Shown here piece by piece: positions 1 through 9,965 of a DNA stretch of 64,000 nt; position 1 is the first letter of the stretch, and each line of letters starts with the position of its first letter. Where the stretch lies: the NCBI GenBank assembly GCA_910584385.1, contig CAJUAK010000002.1:34418-98417 (forward strand), read 5' to 3'. The stretch comes from an uncultured Alphaproteobacteria bacterium (lineage in GTDB: Bacteria > Pseudomonadota > Alphaproteobacteria > RF32 > CAG-239). Made by a program: the position numbers and the translations under genes. The notes under the pieces are model-generated. The model was not told the origin of the DNA, made no database searches, and was given only the letters and a program-made list of their open reading frames with translations.

Positions 1-11
1 TGAATGACGCT

Positions 12-284
12 TTGACCACTTTAAAAGGGAAAGCCCGGGTTAAAAAAGTTATGTGGTCCAGGCGCGCCCAGGAATATGAAAACAAAATCAACTCCGGAAG
101 CCCGGTAGCAATTGCGGAAGTTGTCCGCGATTTGTACCGCAGCGAGAATTTGGCAGAACAATCTTACAGCGAAAGGCAGATTTATGAGCAGGCTTTAGAC
201 CGTCTTGCCAATGAATATGCTGTTTGTGAAAATATTACACCCGCCGCGGCAACTGAAAAATTGCTCGGAATATTGGCAAAATAA
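12..284 (+). CDS. Hypothetical protein. The reading frame is open to the left window edge, so the gene may be 5'-truncated by the window.
   Basis: Frame is open from position 3 and is followed by a rho-independent terminator. No recognisable domain. Confidence 0.4.
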   Translation: MTTLKGKARVKKVMWSRRAQEYENKINSGSPVAIAEVVRDLYRSENLAEQSYSERQIYEQALDRLANEYAVCENITPAAATEKLLGILAK

Positions 285-316
285 AAAAAGACTCCGTCTT
301 TAAAATATTTGAAAAA

Positions 317-347
317 GCAACCCTATTTTTTAGGGTTGCTTTTTTTT
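317..347 (+). terminator. Rho-independent terminator (gcaaccc-loop-gggttgc followed by a T-run).
   Basis: Perfect 7-bp stem followed by T8, directly after the 12..284 ORF. Confidence 0.6.
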
Positions 348-379
348 GTGCATAAGGCTGGGGATAAAGATTCATTGGC

Positions 380-850
380 TTGCGAATCAAAATGCCGTCT
401 TCAATTATAAAGCATGTTCAGTTTTTAAATTTTGAAGTGGCTAAGATGGAAGACAGCGATTTTTTAGTTGAGCAAACAGACGATATAGTGGTTTCCGCTT
501 GTCCGGTTTTGATGGATGAGAGTGCCAACCGCTCGGTTTGGGGCTATTATCTGTGCATTGAAAATAATTCGGCGCACAAGATTCAGATTGTTGGAAAAAA
601 CTGGAATATTACGGATGACAAAGGCCATTTTTATTGCGATCACAGTGCGGGATTTAAAGGCGAGATTCCTGTTTTGGAACCCGGCGAATGTTTTGAATTT
701 ACCAGTACGGCGCCTTTAGAATCGAAACAGGCTGTTTTTTATGGCAGCTGCCAGGTTCGGCAAGAAGGCGAAAGCCAAGTGCGCGAAATTAAGGTTCCGA
801 CCTTTTGCCTTGCTTCGAAAAAAATGCCTGCCAATGCCTGGGCAAATTAA
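380..850 (+). CDS. apaG: ApaG (DUF525) domain protein. The true start may be the ATG at 446.
   Basis: Translated sequence shows typical ApaG conservation: YYLCIENNS, WNITDDKGH and LEPGECFEFTS. Confidence 0.7.
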   Translation: MRIKMPSSIIKHVQFLNFEVAKMEDSDFLVEQTDDIVVSACPVLMDESANRSVWGYYLCIENNSAHKIQIVGKNWNITDDKGHFYCDHSAGFKGEIPVLEPGECFEFTSTAPLESKQAVFYGSCQVRQEGESQVREIKVPTFCLASKKMPANAWAN

Positions 851-880
851 AAAAAAAGCCGCTTAAGCGGCTTTTTTTTT
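849..880. terminator. Bidirectional terminator (A-run, gccgcttaagcggc, T-run).
   Basis: Palindromic GC stem flanked by A9 and T9, lying between convergent genes. Confidence 0.6.
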
Positions 881-1499
881 AATCATCGTAAGTTTGTATA
901 TAAGTGTTATCCATTACATACATGTTCAAATATTTGCGGATGTTCTGTTCCATTTGGATGTTGAATTCGTTGAACAGCTTGTCAACCATTCCGTTCCAAT
1001 ATTGCTCTTTTTCCGCAAGGCTGACATCTGCCGGAAGCACAAGTTCACGCCAGGCGTTGATTTCTGTTTCTGCTTTGGCTTTGTCATGAGAATCTATGAT
1101 TCTTAAAACAACAACCAGATGCGCCTTGTAAATAATCCGGTCTTTGTAAAAGAGTTGTCCGGATTTTTCAATTTCTTCCGTTACGCTCGCGTCTTTGATG
1201 ATAAATTCAGCCTGGCGGTTGCTGCTGAAATCATCCGCCTGGAGGCGGTCGCGCGCCCAAAGCTTGGCGGTTTTTTCAATAGAGACGGGGAAAAGGTGCT
1301 CAACGTTCGGACGGGTAAAGCTGGGCATGAATTCCGAGCGGATATCAATCCGGCTGACGCTTAAACGGATGGGGGCGTCTTCTGTGTAGCGGGGTTCCTG
1401 ATAACGCTTTACTTCAGCTTCATCATTGCCAACACCGGCGCAGCCGCCTAGCAAAAGCAGCCCTGTAAATAAGGCCAGAAATTTATTTTTGATAAGCAT
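879..1499 (-). CDS. Lipoprotein of unknown function (lipobox LLLGGC).
   Basis: N-terminal signal peptide with the lipobox LLGGC. No recognisable domain. Confidence 0.5.
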   Translation of the reverse strand: MLIKNKFLALFTGLLLLGGCAGVGNDEAEVKRYQEPRYTEDAPIRLSVSRIDIRSEFMPSFTRPNVEHLFPVSIEKTAKLWARDRLQADDFSSNRQAEFIIKDASVTEEIEKSGQLFYKDRIIYKAHLVVVLRIIDSHDKAKAETEINAWRELVLPADVSLAEKEQYWNGMVDKLFNEFNIQMEQNIRKYLNMYVMDNTYIQTYDD

Positions 1500-1564
1500 G
1501 ACATATTATCCCAATAGTTACTATTGTTTTGAACTTAACGAATATAAATTAATATATGCTTAAT

Positions 1565-2482
1565 TTAGTGTTTGACGAGTTCGCCCTTTTTAAAGCTATA
1601 TTCTTCCGAACAAAAATGGCATTGGGCCGTGATGCATCCGTCCTTTAAAAGCTCGTTAATTTCCGCTTCGGAAAAACTGCTTAAGGTTGCCTGCAGTTTC
1701 TCGCGGCTGCAGCGACAGCCGAATTGGTAGCTTTTGACATTGTTGATGGCCAGGCTGTCTGCATGGTACAGGCGGTGGAGAATGTCTTCGCTGCTGAGCG
1801 AATTGTCAAAAACTTCATCTCCCTGAAGGCTTTCCAAGAAAATCTTTGCCTGGTTCCAAGCTTCGCTTTGCTCTTCAGCCGAAAGTTCTTTGCCGCCTTT
1901 TACCGGAATTTTTTGCAGCATGATGCCGCCGGCCAGCCAAGATTTGGAATCGCCCTGCGGCGAATGCAAAAAGAGTTTCAAGTCCGTGTCAATTTGTTCG
2001 GATTGTTTGAAGTAGCGGAGGGCTATTTCCCGAAGGGTTTTTCCTTGCAAGTCGACAATGCCCTGGTAAAGCTCTGTGTCCGGCCCTTGGTCGACCGTAA
2101 AGGCCAAATGCCCTTCTTCCAACAAATGCGGGGCTTCTTCAATTTCACCGCTTTTTTTACGCAAGGCTTGGGCTTGTTTCAGGTGTTCTTCGTCAAAATT
2201 GGCGCAAGCGCGGATTTTTCCTTCTGAGGTTACGTCTACCACAACCATGGATATTGGCCCGTTTCCTTGAATTTGCAAAGTGAAGAGCCCTTCATATTTT
2301 AGGGTGCTGGAAAGCATGGCGCCTAAAACCGTGCATTCGGCGATAACGGCTGAAACGCTTTCCGGGTATTGGTGTTTTTTTAATATGGTGTTCAAAACCT
2401 CGTTGAGGCGGATAAAACGCCCCATGAAGGCGCCGCTGGCAATATGAAAAGAGAGGCAGTTATCAAAATTATTCATTTGCAC
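1565..2482 (-). CDS. hslO: Redox-regulated chaperone Hsp33.
   Basis: Length about 300 aa. C-terminal CxCxxxxxxxxxxxxxxxx...CHFC zinc-centre motifs (CRCS...CHFC) and an Hsp33-like N-terminal domain. Confidence 0.85.
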   Translation of the reverse strand: MQMNNFDNCLSFHIASGAFMGRFIRLNEVLNTILKKHQYPESVSAVIAECTVLGAMLSSTLKYEGLFTLQIQGNGPISMVVVDVTSEGKIRACANFDEEHLKQAQALRKKSGEIEEAPHLLEEGHLAFTVDQGPDTELYQGIVDLQGKTLREIALRYFKQSEQIDTDLKLFLHSPQGDSKSWLAGGIMLQKIPVKGGKELSAEEQSEAWNQAKIFLESLQGDEVFDNSLSSEDILHRLYHADSLAINNVKSYQFGCRCSREKLQATLSSFSEAEINELLKDGCITAQCHFCSEEYSFKKGELVKH

Positions 2483-2546
2483 TATTATTTTCCTTATTCT
2501 ATGTTATCTTTTAGATGAACTTAATGTAAAATAAAGGATTTTTCAA

Positions 2547-3098
2547 GTGTTGGAAAATGGGCAGCCTCTAAAAAAAACGAAAACATTGCGAAAAATAACG
2601 CCCCAACGGCTTAAAAATATTGCGCTATACTATTTGAAACGCTTTGATTCTTCGGTGGCGAATCTGCGTTCTGTGCTGCGCCGGCGCGTTGAGGAATATG
2701 CTTATTTCAACAAGGAATTCGACAAGCATGAAGCTTATGCCTGGATTGAAAGCATTTTGGAAGATTTTGAAAGCTATGGCTATCTGAATGACGAGCGCTA
2801 TGGCGAAATTAAGGTGCGCAATTATTTGGCAGCGGGAAAATCTGCCCGTTATATTCAGGGAAAGATGAAGCAAAAAGGCATTTCAGAGCAAGTTGTGGAT
2901 GAACTGTTGGAGAACAGCGGGTATGATGCATACGAATCGGCTTTGGCTTTGGCAAAAAAGAAAAAAATAGGTCCGTTCCGAGCTCCGGAATCCCGCCGGG
3001 AAATGCGCAATAAGGATATGGCTGCACTTATTCGGGCAGGGTTTGACTATGATGTTGTCTGCAAAATTATGGGAGAGGAAGGTCTTGAGGCTGATTAG
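2547..3098 (+). CDS. recX: RecX regulatory protein (GTG start).
   Basis: RecX-like helical repeats (ALYYLKRFDSSVANLRSVLRRR). Shine-Dalgarno aagga lies before the GTG start. Confidence 0.65.
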   Translation: MLENGQPLKKTKTLRKITPQRLKNIALYYLKRFDSSVANLRSVLRRRVEEYAYFNKEFDKHEAYAWIESILEDFESYGYLNDERYGEIKVRNYLAAGKSARYIQGKMKQKGISEQVVDELLENSGYDAYESALALAKKKKIGPFRAPESRREMRNKDMAALIRAGFDYDVVCKIMGEEGLEAD

Positions 3099-3394
3099 TC
3101 TGTGATTTCAGCTTCATAGGCATAAACGATTTCCGTATCTTCGTCTTTTTCTTCCTGGCTGAGCTCGCAGACAAGGAGAGAATCTGCTTCTGCGAGGGAA
3201 TCAAAAACTTCTGCCGGAATTTCGCTTAACTCGATGACATCCCCTTCGTTGCGGGTCAGGACAGCTGTTTGCGCTTGGCTGTCAAAGGCAATGCTGGCGT
3301 TTTGAGGTTCGCCTTCGCGGGCATATATCAGCAACATTACTTCATCTTCATCATTAATCAGAAAGTCGAAAGTATTAAAATCATTGCCGGTCAT
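3095..3394 (-). CDS. Small, highly acidic hypothetical protein.
   Basis: 99-aa ORF with a high Asp/Glu content and a clean start. No recognisable domain. Confidence 0.35.
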   Translation of the reverse strand: MTGNDFNTFDFLINDEDEVMLLIYAREGEPQNASIAFDSQAQTAVLTRNEGDVIELSEIPAEVFDSLAEADSLLVCELSQEEKDEDTEIVYAYEAEITD

Positions 3395-3567
3395 CGTTTT
3401 ATCCTTTTTGTTTGTTTTTTGTTATTTTATCAATACAAACATAAAATACAAGTTTTATCTGTATGTTTTATACTCTAATAAAGTAGTTGAAAAAATGTTA
3501 ATAGATTGTAGATAAAAAATGAAAAATCCCATAATTTTGCTATACTTGCCGAAAATATGGAGGTTTT

Positions 3568-4260
3568 ATGCGAGTATTGGCCGATAAATTTATTGAATTG
3601 CTTAAATGGCCCGTGGCTGTTTTTATGCTTCTGTCTCTGCCTGCTTATGTGCAGTCCATTTCTTATTTTCCATTTTTTACCGTGCGATATTTGTCTTTGA
3701 TTGCGGGTTTTTTCTGCTTTTTTATTTCCTGGGGGATGATGGATAAGGAGATAAAAACCAATATGGAAATTGCCGCCCATGAAATGACGCATGCTTTTTT
3801 TGCGCTGCTGACCTTTCATAAAGTGAAGGGGCTGCGCGTTAATCCGGATAACAGCGGCGGCGAAATGGCTTTTGAAGGAAGCGGAAACTGGCTGATTATT
3901 ATCGCGCCATACTTCTTTCCCCTGTTTGGCTTTGTTGTTATGCTGGCTATAGGCTTTTTTGTTAACCTGGGGGAGCAGGGCGTTAACCACTATATTGCTA
4001 ACGGCGTTTTAGGATTTTTTATCGGGTATCACATGGATACGGTCGGGTCGCAGATTCATGAAAAGCAAACTGACCTGCCAAAAGTTTCTTACAAATTTTG
4101 CATTATGTTTTTGCCGTCTGCAAATTTATGGGCTTTGGGAAGCATGCTGGCTTTTAACAGCCGCGGCTGGGACGGATTTTGGCTTTACCAGGGATTGATA
4201 AAAATGCTTAATGACCGGAATTTGGCTTATGCCAAAGCTTTAATCGGGCAATTCTTCTAA
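3568..4260 (+). CDS. Polytopic membrane protein with an HExxH motif. Putative intramembrane zinc metalloprotease, M50B/DUF3267-like.
   Basis: Multiple hydrophobic helices. AAHEMTHAFF forms an HExxH motif within a transmembrane segment. Confidence 0.45.
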   Translation: MRVLADKFIELLKWPVAVFMLLSLPAYVQSISYFPFFTVRYLSLIAGFFCFFISWGMMDKEIKTNMEIAAHEMTHAFFALLTFHKVKGLRVNPDNSGGEMAFEGSGNWLIIIAPYFFPLFGFVVMLAIGFFVNLGEQGVNHYIANGVLGFFIGYHMDTVGSQIHEKQTDLPKVSYKFCIMFLPSANLWALGSMLAFNSRGWDGFWLYQGLIKMLNDRNLAYAKALIGQFF

Positions 4261-5130
4261 TTGGCAGGCATTTGCGTTTAATTTAAATTTTTTGCCCATC
4301 TTTAGAGCATATTTATCTTTTATGTGCCCAAAGGGAAAGTCATAAATGATTGGGAAGGGGGCGGATTTTGCAAAACGGAACAAAACCTCCTCAACCGAAC
4401 CATATGAAGAATCCGGCGTATCGCATTCTGTAAACTTTCCGAAAACTATTCCTGCTATCTTATTGAAATCCTGATGTTGACGCAGGGTTGTCAGCAGGCG
4501 GTCTATCTTGTAAGGTTTTTCGCATTCGTCCTCCAAGACAAGTATCTTATTTGCGATATCCGGAAAATATCTGGTGCCGCACAAGTCGCAAACCATGCTT
4601 AGGCAGTCGCCAAGCAGAATGCCTTCGGCCATTCCCGGACGCATTGTTTTTCCGCCCGGCAACAATTGTTTTTTTCCGGAAACGGCATCTTCAAAAGATT
4701 GGCGCACCATTGTTGAAACGGGCAAGGCGCGGAAATCGTAGTCCAAAGAGAAACCGCTGATATACGGATTTTGCGTTTTGGCGTAAATGCCTAACTGCAA
4801 TGCCGTGTTATCGCTGTGCCCGACCAAAATTTTAGGATTTTTTCTGATTATATCGAAATCAAGGTAAGATAAAAGCCTTTGGGAACCTGCGCCGCCCGAA
4901 GCGCAAAAAATGATGTCAACATCTGGGTTGGAAAACATATCCATAATGTCTTTTGCCCGTTGTTTTTCTGCGCTTTCATCAAAGAGGGCGTTTTCAAGAA
5001 CTTGTCCGCAGACAAGTTTATACCCGGCTTGTTCCAGATAGGACAAGCCTTTGGAAAAATCTTTTTTTCCGCTTAATGAAATGGAGGGCGAAATAATTCC
5101 CGCAGTTTTCCCTTTTCCAGGCTGAAACAT
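4240..5130 (-). CDS. ldcA: Murein tetrapeptide LD-carboxypeptidase (S66 family).
   Basis: The VGHSDNTAL nucleophile motif and the length are typical of LdcA. The gene abuts mpl. Confidence 0.7.
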   Translation of the reverse strand: MFQPGKGKTAGIISPSISLSGKKDFSKGLSYLEQAGYKLVCGQVLENALFDESAEKQRAKDIMDMFSNPDVDIIFCASGGAGSQRLLSYLDFDIIRKNPKILVGHSDNTALQLGIYAKTQNPYISGFSLDYDFRALPVSTMVRQSFEDAVSGKKQLLPGGKTMRPGMAEGILLGDCLSMVCDLCGTRYFPDIANKILVLEDECEKPYKIDRLLTTLRQHQDFNKIAGIVFGKFTECDTPDSSYGSVEEVLFRFAKSAPFPIIYDFPFGHIKDKYALKMGKKFKLNANACQLEELPD

Positions 5131-6492
5131 CTACAAATCCTTGAGAAGCTGCCGGCTGAAATCAGGCAGAGAATTGTCTCTTGCACCCATGATGACGATG
5201 CGGTCGCCCGGTTTTGCCGTTTGCAGGATGTAGTCGCGTACACGGTCTTTGGTTTCTAAAAACAACGCATTAACGCCGTTATTGACGGCATATTGCACTA
5301 AGTCGGAACCGGAAATGTCGCTGTCTTTTACCGGGTCTCTCATATAAATTTCCGGCATGAGCAGGATATCGTCTTTTTGAAGAACTTTTCCAAAAACAAC
5401 CCCGTCTTCTTCTCCGGTGGTGCGGGCAGAAAACGGCTTGTGGGACTGGTACATGACAATCAGGCGCCCGTCATATTCGCGCAAAGCGGAAAGCGAAGCT
5501 TCTATCTTGCTGGCATTATGGGCGAAATCGTCAAAGATGCTGATGTTGTTTTTTGTTCCGGCAAGTTCCAGGCGGCGTTTAATGCCGGTGAAGCCTTCCA
5601 AAGCTTTCGCAGCTTCAAATTTGCTGATGCCTAAAAGCGAGCAGGCGGCTATGGCAGCTAATGCATTTGAAACATTAAATTTGCCGATGAGCTGCAATTT
5701 GAATGTTTGCCCGTCTAAGGTATATTCCACGCCGTTGGTAATGGTTTTTATGTCTGTGGCATATAAATCGGCGTCTGCGTTTTTAATGGAAAAGCTCAGT
5801 GTCTTTTGCGAAGATTTTATCTTTGCGGCATTCGGGCAGTCGGCATTAAGAACCAGACCATAACGCGTGTGGTCGGCAAAGGCCTGAAAATATTCCATCA
5901 ATGTCTCTATCGGTTCATGATCGTGGGAGATATTGTTGATGATGGATATATAAGGCTTGTAAGAACGGATGGAACCGTCGCTTTCATCAGCTTCAATAAC
6001 GCAGATATCCCCTTTGTTATAAATGATATTGGGGATTCCCGGATTGTTTTCATAATTGCGCAGGAAACCGCCATTAATCATGCAGGGCTGCTTGCCCAAA
6101 GAATCTAAAATATAGCCGATCATTGCGGTGGTTGTGGTTTTGCCGGCTGTTCCGCCAACGGCAATATTATGCGGATATTGGTGAAATAATTCGGCAAGAA
6201 GTTCCGAGCGCTTTTTTATCGGAATGTTTTTTTCCAAAGCTGCTTTAATATCCGGGTTAGAAGGGTCAATCGCGCTGGAAACATATAAGGTTTCAATATC
6301 GTCTGTAATGCCGCTGCCATTTTGGGGCACCAGTTTAATGCCGACAGACAAGAGAGCCTGCCTGTTTGCCGCATCGCGTCCTGCATCAAAACTGGCGTCT
6401 GAGCCATAAACATCATATCCCTGAAGTTTCAGAATTTGGGCCAAAGCACTCATGCCGTTTCCTGAAACGCCGCAAAAACATACTTTTTTCAT
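5131..6492 (-). CDS. mpl: UDP-N-acetylmuramate:L-alanyl-gamma-D-glutamyl-meso-DAP ligase, called Mpl rather than MurC because of its context.
   Basis: Mur ligase family signature (GTAGKTTTTAMI). Start taken at the internal MKKVCF, which has an RBS. Pairing with ldcA suggests peptidoglycan recycling. Confidence 0.6.
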   Translation of the reverse strand: MKKVCFCGVSGNGMSALAQILKLQGYDVYGSDASFDAGRDAANRQALLSVGIKLVPQNGSGITDDIETLYVSSAIDPSNPDIKAALEKNIPIKKRSELLAELFHQYPHNIAVGGTAGKTTTTAMIGYILDSLGKQPCMINGGFLRNYENNPGIPNIIYNKGDICVIEADESDGSIRSYKPYISIINNISHDHEPIETLMEYFQAFADHTRYGLVLNADCPNAAKIKSSQKTLSFSIKNADADLYATDIKTITNGVEYTLDGQTFKLQLIGKFNVSNALAAIAACSLLGISKFEAAKALEGFTGIKRRLELAGTKNNISIFDDFAHNASKIEASLSALREYDGRLIVMYQSHKPFSARTTGEEDGVVFGKVLQKDDILLMPEIYMRDPVKDSDISGSDLVQYAVNNGVNALFLETKDRVRDYILQTAKPGDRIVIMGARDNSLPDFSRQLLKDL

Positions 6493-6520
6493 TATTATCT
6501 TTGTCCTTATTTTTCTTTTT

Positions 6521-7324
6521 TTATAATGCATCCAGGGTGGTTTTTTCCCGGTTGCGCAGTATTTTTAAATTTTTATAGTCAATCACTATATAACTTTTTC
6601 CGCTGCCGTCAACATTTACGGATAAAGCAGCCCCAACTTCTTGATTGTTAAATGTGGCATAAAGCGTGGCTTCGCCTTTTTCAAGAGATTGAAGGAATCC
6701 GGGGGCGCCGAGCTCTTCTTCTTTTTTCTCCTGGTGGACTTTCCCTTGGGCATCGGTTACATCCACGTTATAAACCCTTGGCGTGAAGAATTGCTGCCCG
6801 TTTCCGTATTTGGCATTCAGAAGGTCGTAATAAATGCGGTATTGGCGCAGAACCCTTGTTGCCTGGTTGTCGTCATCCATCAAAACGCCATAGGCGATAA
6901 TTCGCCATAATTCATTTTCTTCGCCAAAAGTAACGTTTACCGTGCGAAAATCTTTTAGCGGTTTGGGTAAATGCGTCGCGCGAAAAGAGTTTTTGTAATC
7001 TTTTTCTTCAACTTTGGCCAGAATAACCCCCATGTCTTTGGTGGCGTCTATGCTGGCTCCCCAGGAAAGTCCGAATGGCGCCGGAGATAACCTGGCCAAT
7101 GCCTTTTTGGTTTGGATATGTTTGCTGGCTCGAACATTCGGGAAGTTTTTATTGACAGCAGAATCTGCCTTTTTATTTAAAAGTTCGCGGGCTTTGTCTT
7201 GTGCCTTGGCTGTTTTTTCTTCCAGTTGGATTTCATCGGAAACCAATATGTTTTTATAGATGTTTTCTTGTGCAAAAGCGGCTGTTGCAGCAATGAGGGC
7301 AAAAAACAGAAGATATTTGTGCAT
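6521..7324 (-). CDS. Exported hypothetical protein.
   Basis: Signal peptide MHKYLLFFALIAATAAFAQ. Start chosen at the RBS-preceded ATG at 7324. Confidence 0.45.
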   Translation of the reverse strand: MHKYLLFFALIAATAAFAQENIYKNILVSDEIQLEEKTAKAQDKARELLNKKADSAVNKNFPNVRASKHIQTKKALARLSPAPFGLSWGASIDATKDMGVILAKVEEKDYKNSFRATHLPKPLKDFRTVNVTFGEENELWRIIAYGVLMDDDNQATRVLRQYRIYYDLLNAKYGNGQQFFTPRVYNVDVTDAQGKVHQEKKEEELGAPGFLQSLEKGEATLYATFNNQEVGAALSVNVDGSGKSYIVIDYKNLKILRNREKTTLDAL

Positions 7325-7422
7325 TTTTTTATCCTTAAACTCCAAGAAAGAAATTGAACAGTGTTCAAATTTATTTTATTCTATAATATATTTGCAAATA
7401 TTTTATTAAAAAGGCGGAGGAA

Positions 7423-8055
7423 ATGGCGGATATTGAAAAAGATTTGCGGCTGAAAATTTTTGTTCGGGAAAGCATTAGGCAAAATCTTCTTAAAACAGGC
7501 CGCGCAATGGTTGAGGAAAAAGGGGCGGATTATCTGACCGCGCGCAAATTGTCCGAAACTTCCAATTGCTCTGTCGGCACGATTTATAACCAATTTTCCA
7601 ATATGGACAATTTTATTATGGCTCAAAATGTTTTGACGCTGGAAGCCTTATATGCGGATATGGAAAAAATTATTCCCGAGAAAAACGCCTATAATAACCT
7701 TAACCGTTATGTGGAGGCGATGGTCAATTTTATTTTGAATAACCGGAATCTTTGGCGGCTTTTGTTTGATTACCATTTGCGCTATTCAGGGAATCTGCCT
7801 TTTGCTTATCGGCGCGTTTTGGAAAAAGTGGTGGTCAAATGCGGCCGCGAATTTGACAATGTTGTAAATTATCTTCAGCAAACAGAAAAGAAATTATCTT
7901 GGCAGGTTTTGTGGAGCGCGTTGTTTTCGATGTCTTCGCTTTTGGTCAGTTCCGGATTTGAAAAATTAAGCCGCGTCAAACAAAAGACGGCGCTGTTGTT
8001 AATGCTGAATACGTATCTTGCCGGTTTGAATGCCTTAAAAAGGAAAAAGCTATGA
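7423..8055 (+). CDS. TetR family transcriptional regulator.
   Basis: N-terminal TetR helix-turn-helix (LTARKLSETSNCSVGTIYNQFSN). The stop overlaps the start of the next gene. Confidence 0.65.
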   Translation: MADIEKDLRLKIFVRESIRQNLLKTGRAMVEEKGADYLTARKLSETSNCSVGTIYNQFSNMDNFIMAQNVLTLEALYADMEKIIPEKNAYNNLNRYVEAMVNFILNNRNLWRLLFDYHLRYSGNLPFAYRRVLEKVVVKCGREFDNVVNYLQQTEKKLSWQVLWSALFSMSSLLVSSGFEKLSRVKQKTALLLMLNTYLAGLNALKRKKL

Positions 8056-8603
8056 TTGATGAAATTTATTTTAAAATCGCTGCTTATCTAAGCAATCCGA
8101 ATTTTTTGCGAAGCGTGTTTGATAACCGTTTTATCCTTATTTTGATGGTTGTATTTTTGGTGCGGCTTAAATACGCCACATACAGCAGCATGTGGATGAG
8201 CGCGTTGGTAAATGTGCCGGGAACGGTTTTGCATGAGTTGATGCATTTTCTTGTCGGGCTGTTTTTGAATGCGCGCCCATGCAATTTTACGATTTTTCCC
8301 AAAAGGGACGAATTGGGCAATTATGTTATGGGCAGCGTCGGTTTTCGCAATGTAACTTTTTACAACGCCATTCCATCTTCAATGGCGCCGCTGCTCCTTC
8401 TGGTTTTGGGCTTTTATGCCAACCGCTATTTGCTGCCGCTGATGCCCGCCACTTTGTTGAATTATACCCTTTATGTTTTGGGGCAAACCATTTTGATTGA
8501 AAACGCCATCCCTTCCAGAGCCGATTTTAAGGTTGCCGGAATGTATTTGACGGGCGTTTTGCTTTATGGCTTTTTGTTTGTTGCCCTGCTGTTGTCTTTT
8601 TGA
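8052..8603 (+). CDS. Membrane protein with an HExxH motif (HELMH). Paralog of the 3568..4260 protein.
   Basis: Hydrophobic helices plus VLHELMHFL. Translationally coupled to the TetR gene by an ATGA overlap. Confidence 0.45.
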   Translation: MIDEIYFKIAAYLSNPNFLRSVFDNRFILILMVVFLVRLKYATYSSMWMSALVNVPGTVLHELMHFLVGLFLNARPCNFTIFPKRDELGNYVMGSVGFRNVTFYNAIPSSMAPLLLLVLGFYANRYLLPLMPATLLNYTLYVLGQTILIENAIPSRADFKVAGMYLTGVLLYGFLFVALLLSF

Positions 8604-9965
8604 TTATTTTTCAAGAACCGCGACAATATCCGAGGCAACCTTTTTGGCATCTCCGTAAAGCATAATTGTGTTCGGGGCGTAAAACAAGGGATTGTCCACG
8701 CCGGAATATCCGGATGCCAGAGAGCGTTTTACAAAGAAAACGGTTTTGGCTTTTTCAACATCCAGTACGGGCATGCCATACAAGGGAGAAGAGGTGTCCG
8801 TACGCGCCAAGGGGTTGGTTACGTCATTTGCGCCGATAACAAAAGCGACATCGGCGGTTTCAAATTCCCGGTTGATTTCTTCCAATTCAAAAACATCTTC
8901 ATAAGGGACGTTTGCTTCGGCAAGAAGCACGTTCATATGTCCGGGCATGCGCCCGGCCACGGGATGAATTGCAAATTTTACCTCAACGCCGTATTTGTCG
9001 TGAAGGTCATAGGCCATGGTTTTTAATATGTGCTGCGCTTGTGCGGCGGCCATCCCGTAACCGGGGACGATAATGACTTTATTGGCGTTTTCCATAATAA
9101 ACGCTGCATCGGCCGGATCTCCTGTTTTGGCTGTTTTATCTGCCGAGCCTTGTGCGGATGATGCTTTTTCGTCATTGCCGAATCCGCCGAGCATGACAGA
9201 AAACAGCGAACGGTTCATGGCTTTGCACATGATATAAGATAAAATCGCGCCTGATGCGCCGACAATCGATCCGACGATAATCAGCAATACATTATTTAAT
9301 GAAAAACCAATGCCGACGGCAGCCCATCCGGAGTAGGAGTTCAGAACGGAAATGACAACAGGCATATCCGCTCCGCCGATTGGAAGAATCAGCAAAAAAC
9401 CGAGCAGTATGCTTAAAGCGGCAAGCAGGTAAAACATCTGCGGGCTGCCGTTGAGCGAAAAAACAGCACAGGTGCAGATGACAGCAATTCCAAGAATTGC
9501 ATTTAACATGTGCTGTAATGGAAATGTGATTGCCCGGGCGTTCATTATTCCCTGTAATTTTGCAAAAGCAATAAATGAACCGGAAAAAGCCAGGGCACCG
9601 ATTAACAAGCCTGCGGCATTTTCAAAATATTGCGGAGAGCCGTCTAAAATTTCTGCAAGGGCAATTAATACGGCGGAAAGTCCGCCCAACCCGTTAAATG
9701 CCGCCACCATTTGCGGCAAGGCTGTCATGCGCACCTTTAATGCGCTCCAGATGCCAACCAATGCGCCCAGCGCAATGGCGCCAAGAATCCAGTAATATTC
9801 TTTTACGACATCAGAATACAGTGTAACGGCAATTGCCAAAAGCATGCCTGCCATGCCAAGGATGTTTCCCCGCCGGGCCGTTTCAGGAGAAGACAGCCCC
9901 CTGATGGAAATGATGAATAAAATGCTGGCAGCAATATATGCACAAGAAAGGAAAGGCGCGGACAT
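8604..9965 (-). CDS. pntB: NAD(P) transhydrogenase subunit beta.
   Basis: Membrane N-terminal half plus the C-terminal NADP(H)-binding domain (GYGMAAAQAQ...). Confidence 0.9.
   Translation of the reverse strand: MSAPFLSCAYIAASILFIISIRGLSSPETARRGNILGMAGMLLAIAVTLYSDVVKEYYWILGAIALGALVGIWSALKVRMTALPQMVAAFNGLGGLSAVLIALAEILDGSPQYFENAAGLLIGALAFSGSFIAFAKLQGIMNARAITFPLQHMLNAILGIAVICTCAVFSLNGSPQMFYLLAALSILLGFLLILPIGGADMPVVISVLNSYSGWAAVGIGFSLNNVLLIIVGSIVGASGAILSYIMCKAMNRSLFSVMLGGFGNDEKASSAQGSADKTAKTGDPADAAFIMENANKVIIVPGYGMAAAQAQHILKTMAYDLHDKYGVEVKFAIHPVAGRMPGHMNVLLAEANVPYEDVFELEEINREFETADVAFVIGANDVTNPLARTDTSSPLYGMPVLDVEKAKTVFFVKRSLASGYSGVDNPLFYAPNTIMLYGDAKKVASDIVAVLEK

Noticed and set aside
3475-3990. 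171-aa minus-strand ORF overlapping the start of the HExxH membrane protein gene.
   Set aside because: The product is basic and low-complexity, and it overlaps a better-supported plus-strand gene and its promoter region.
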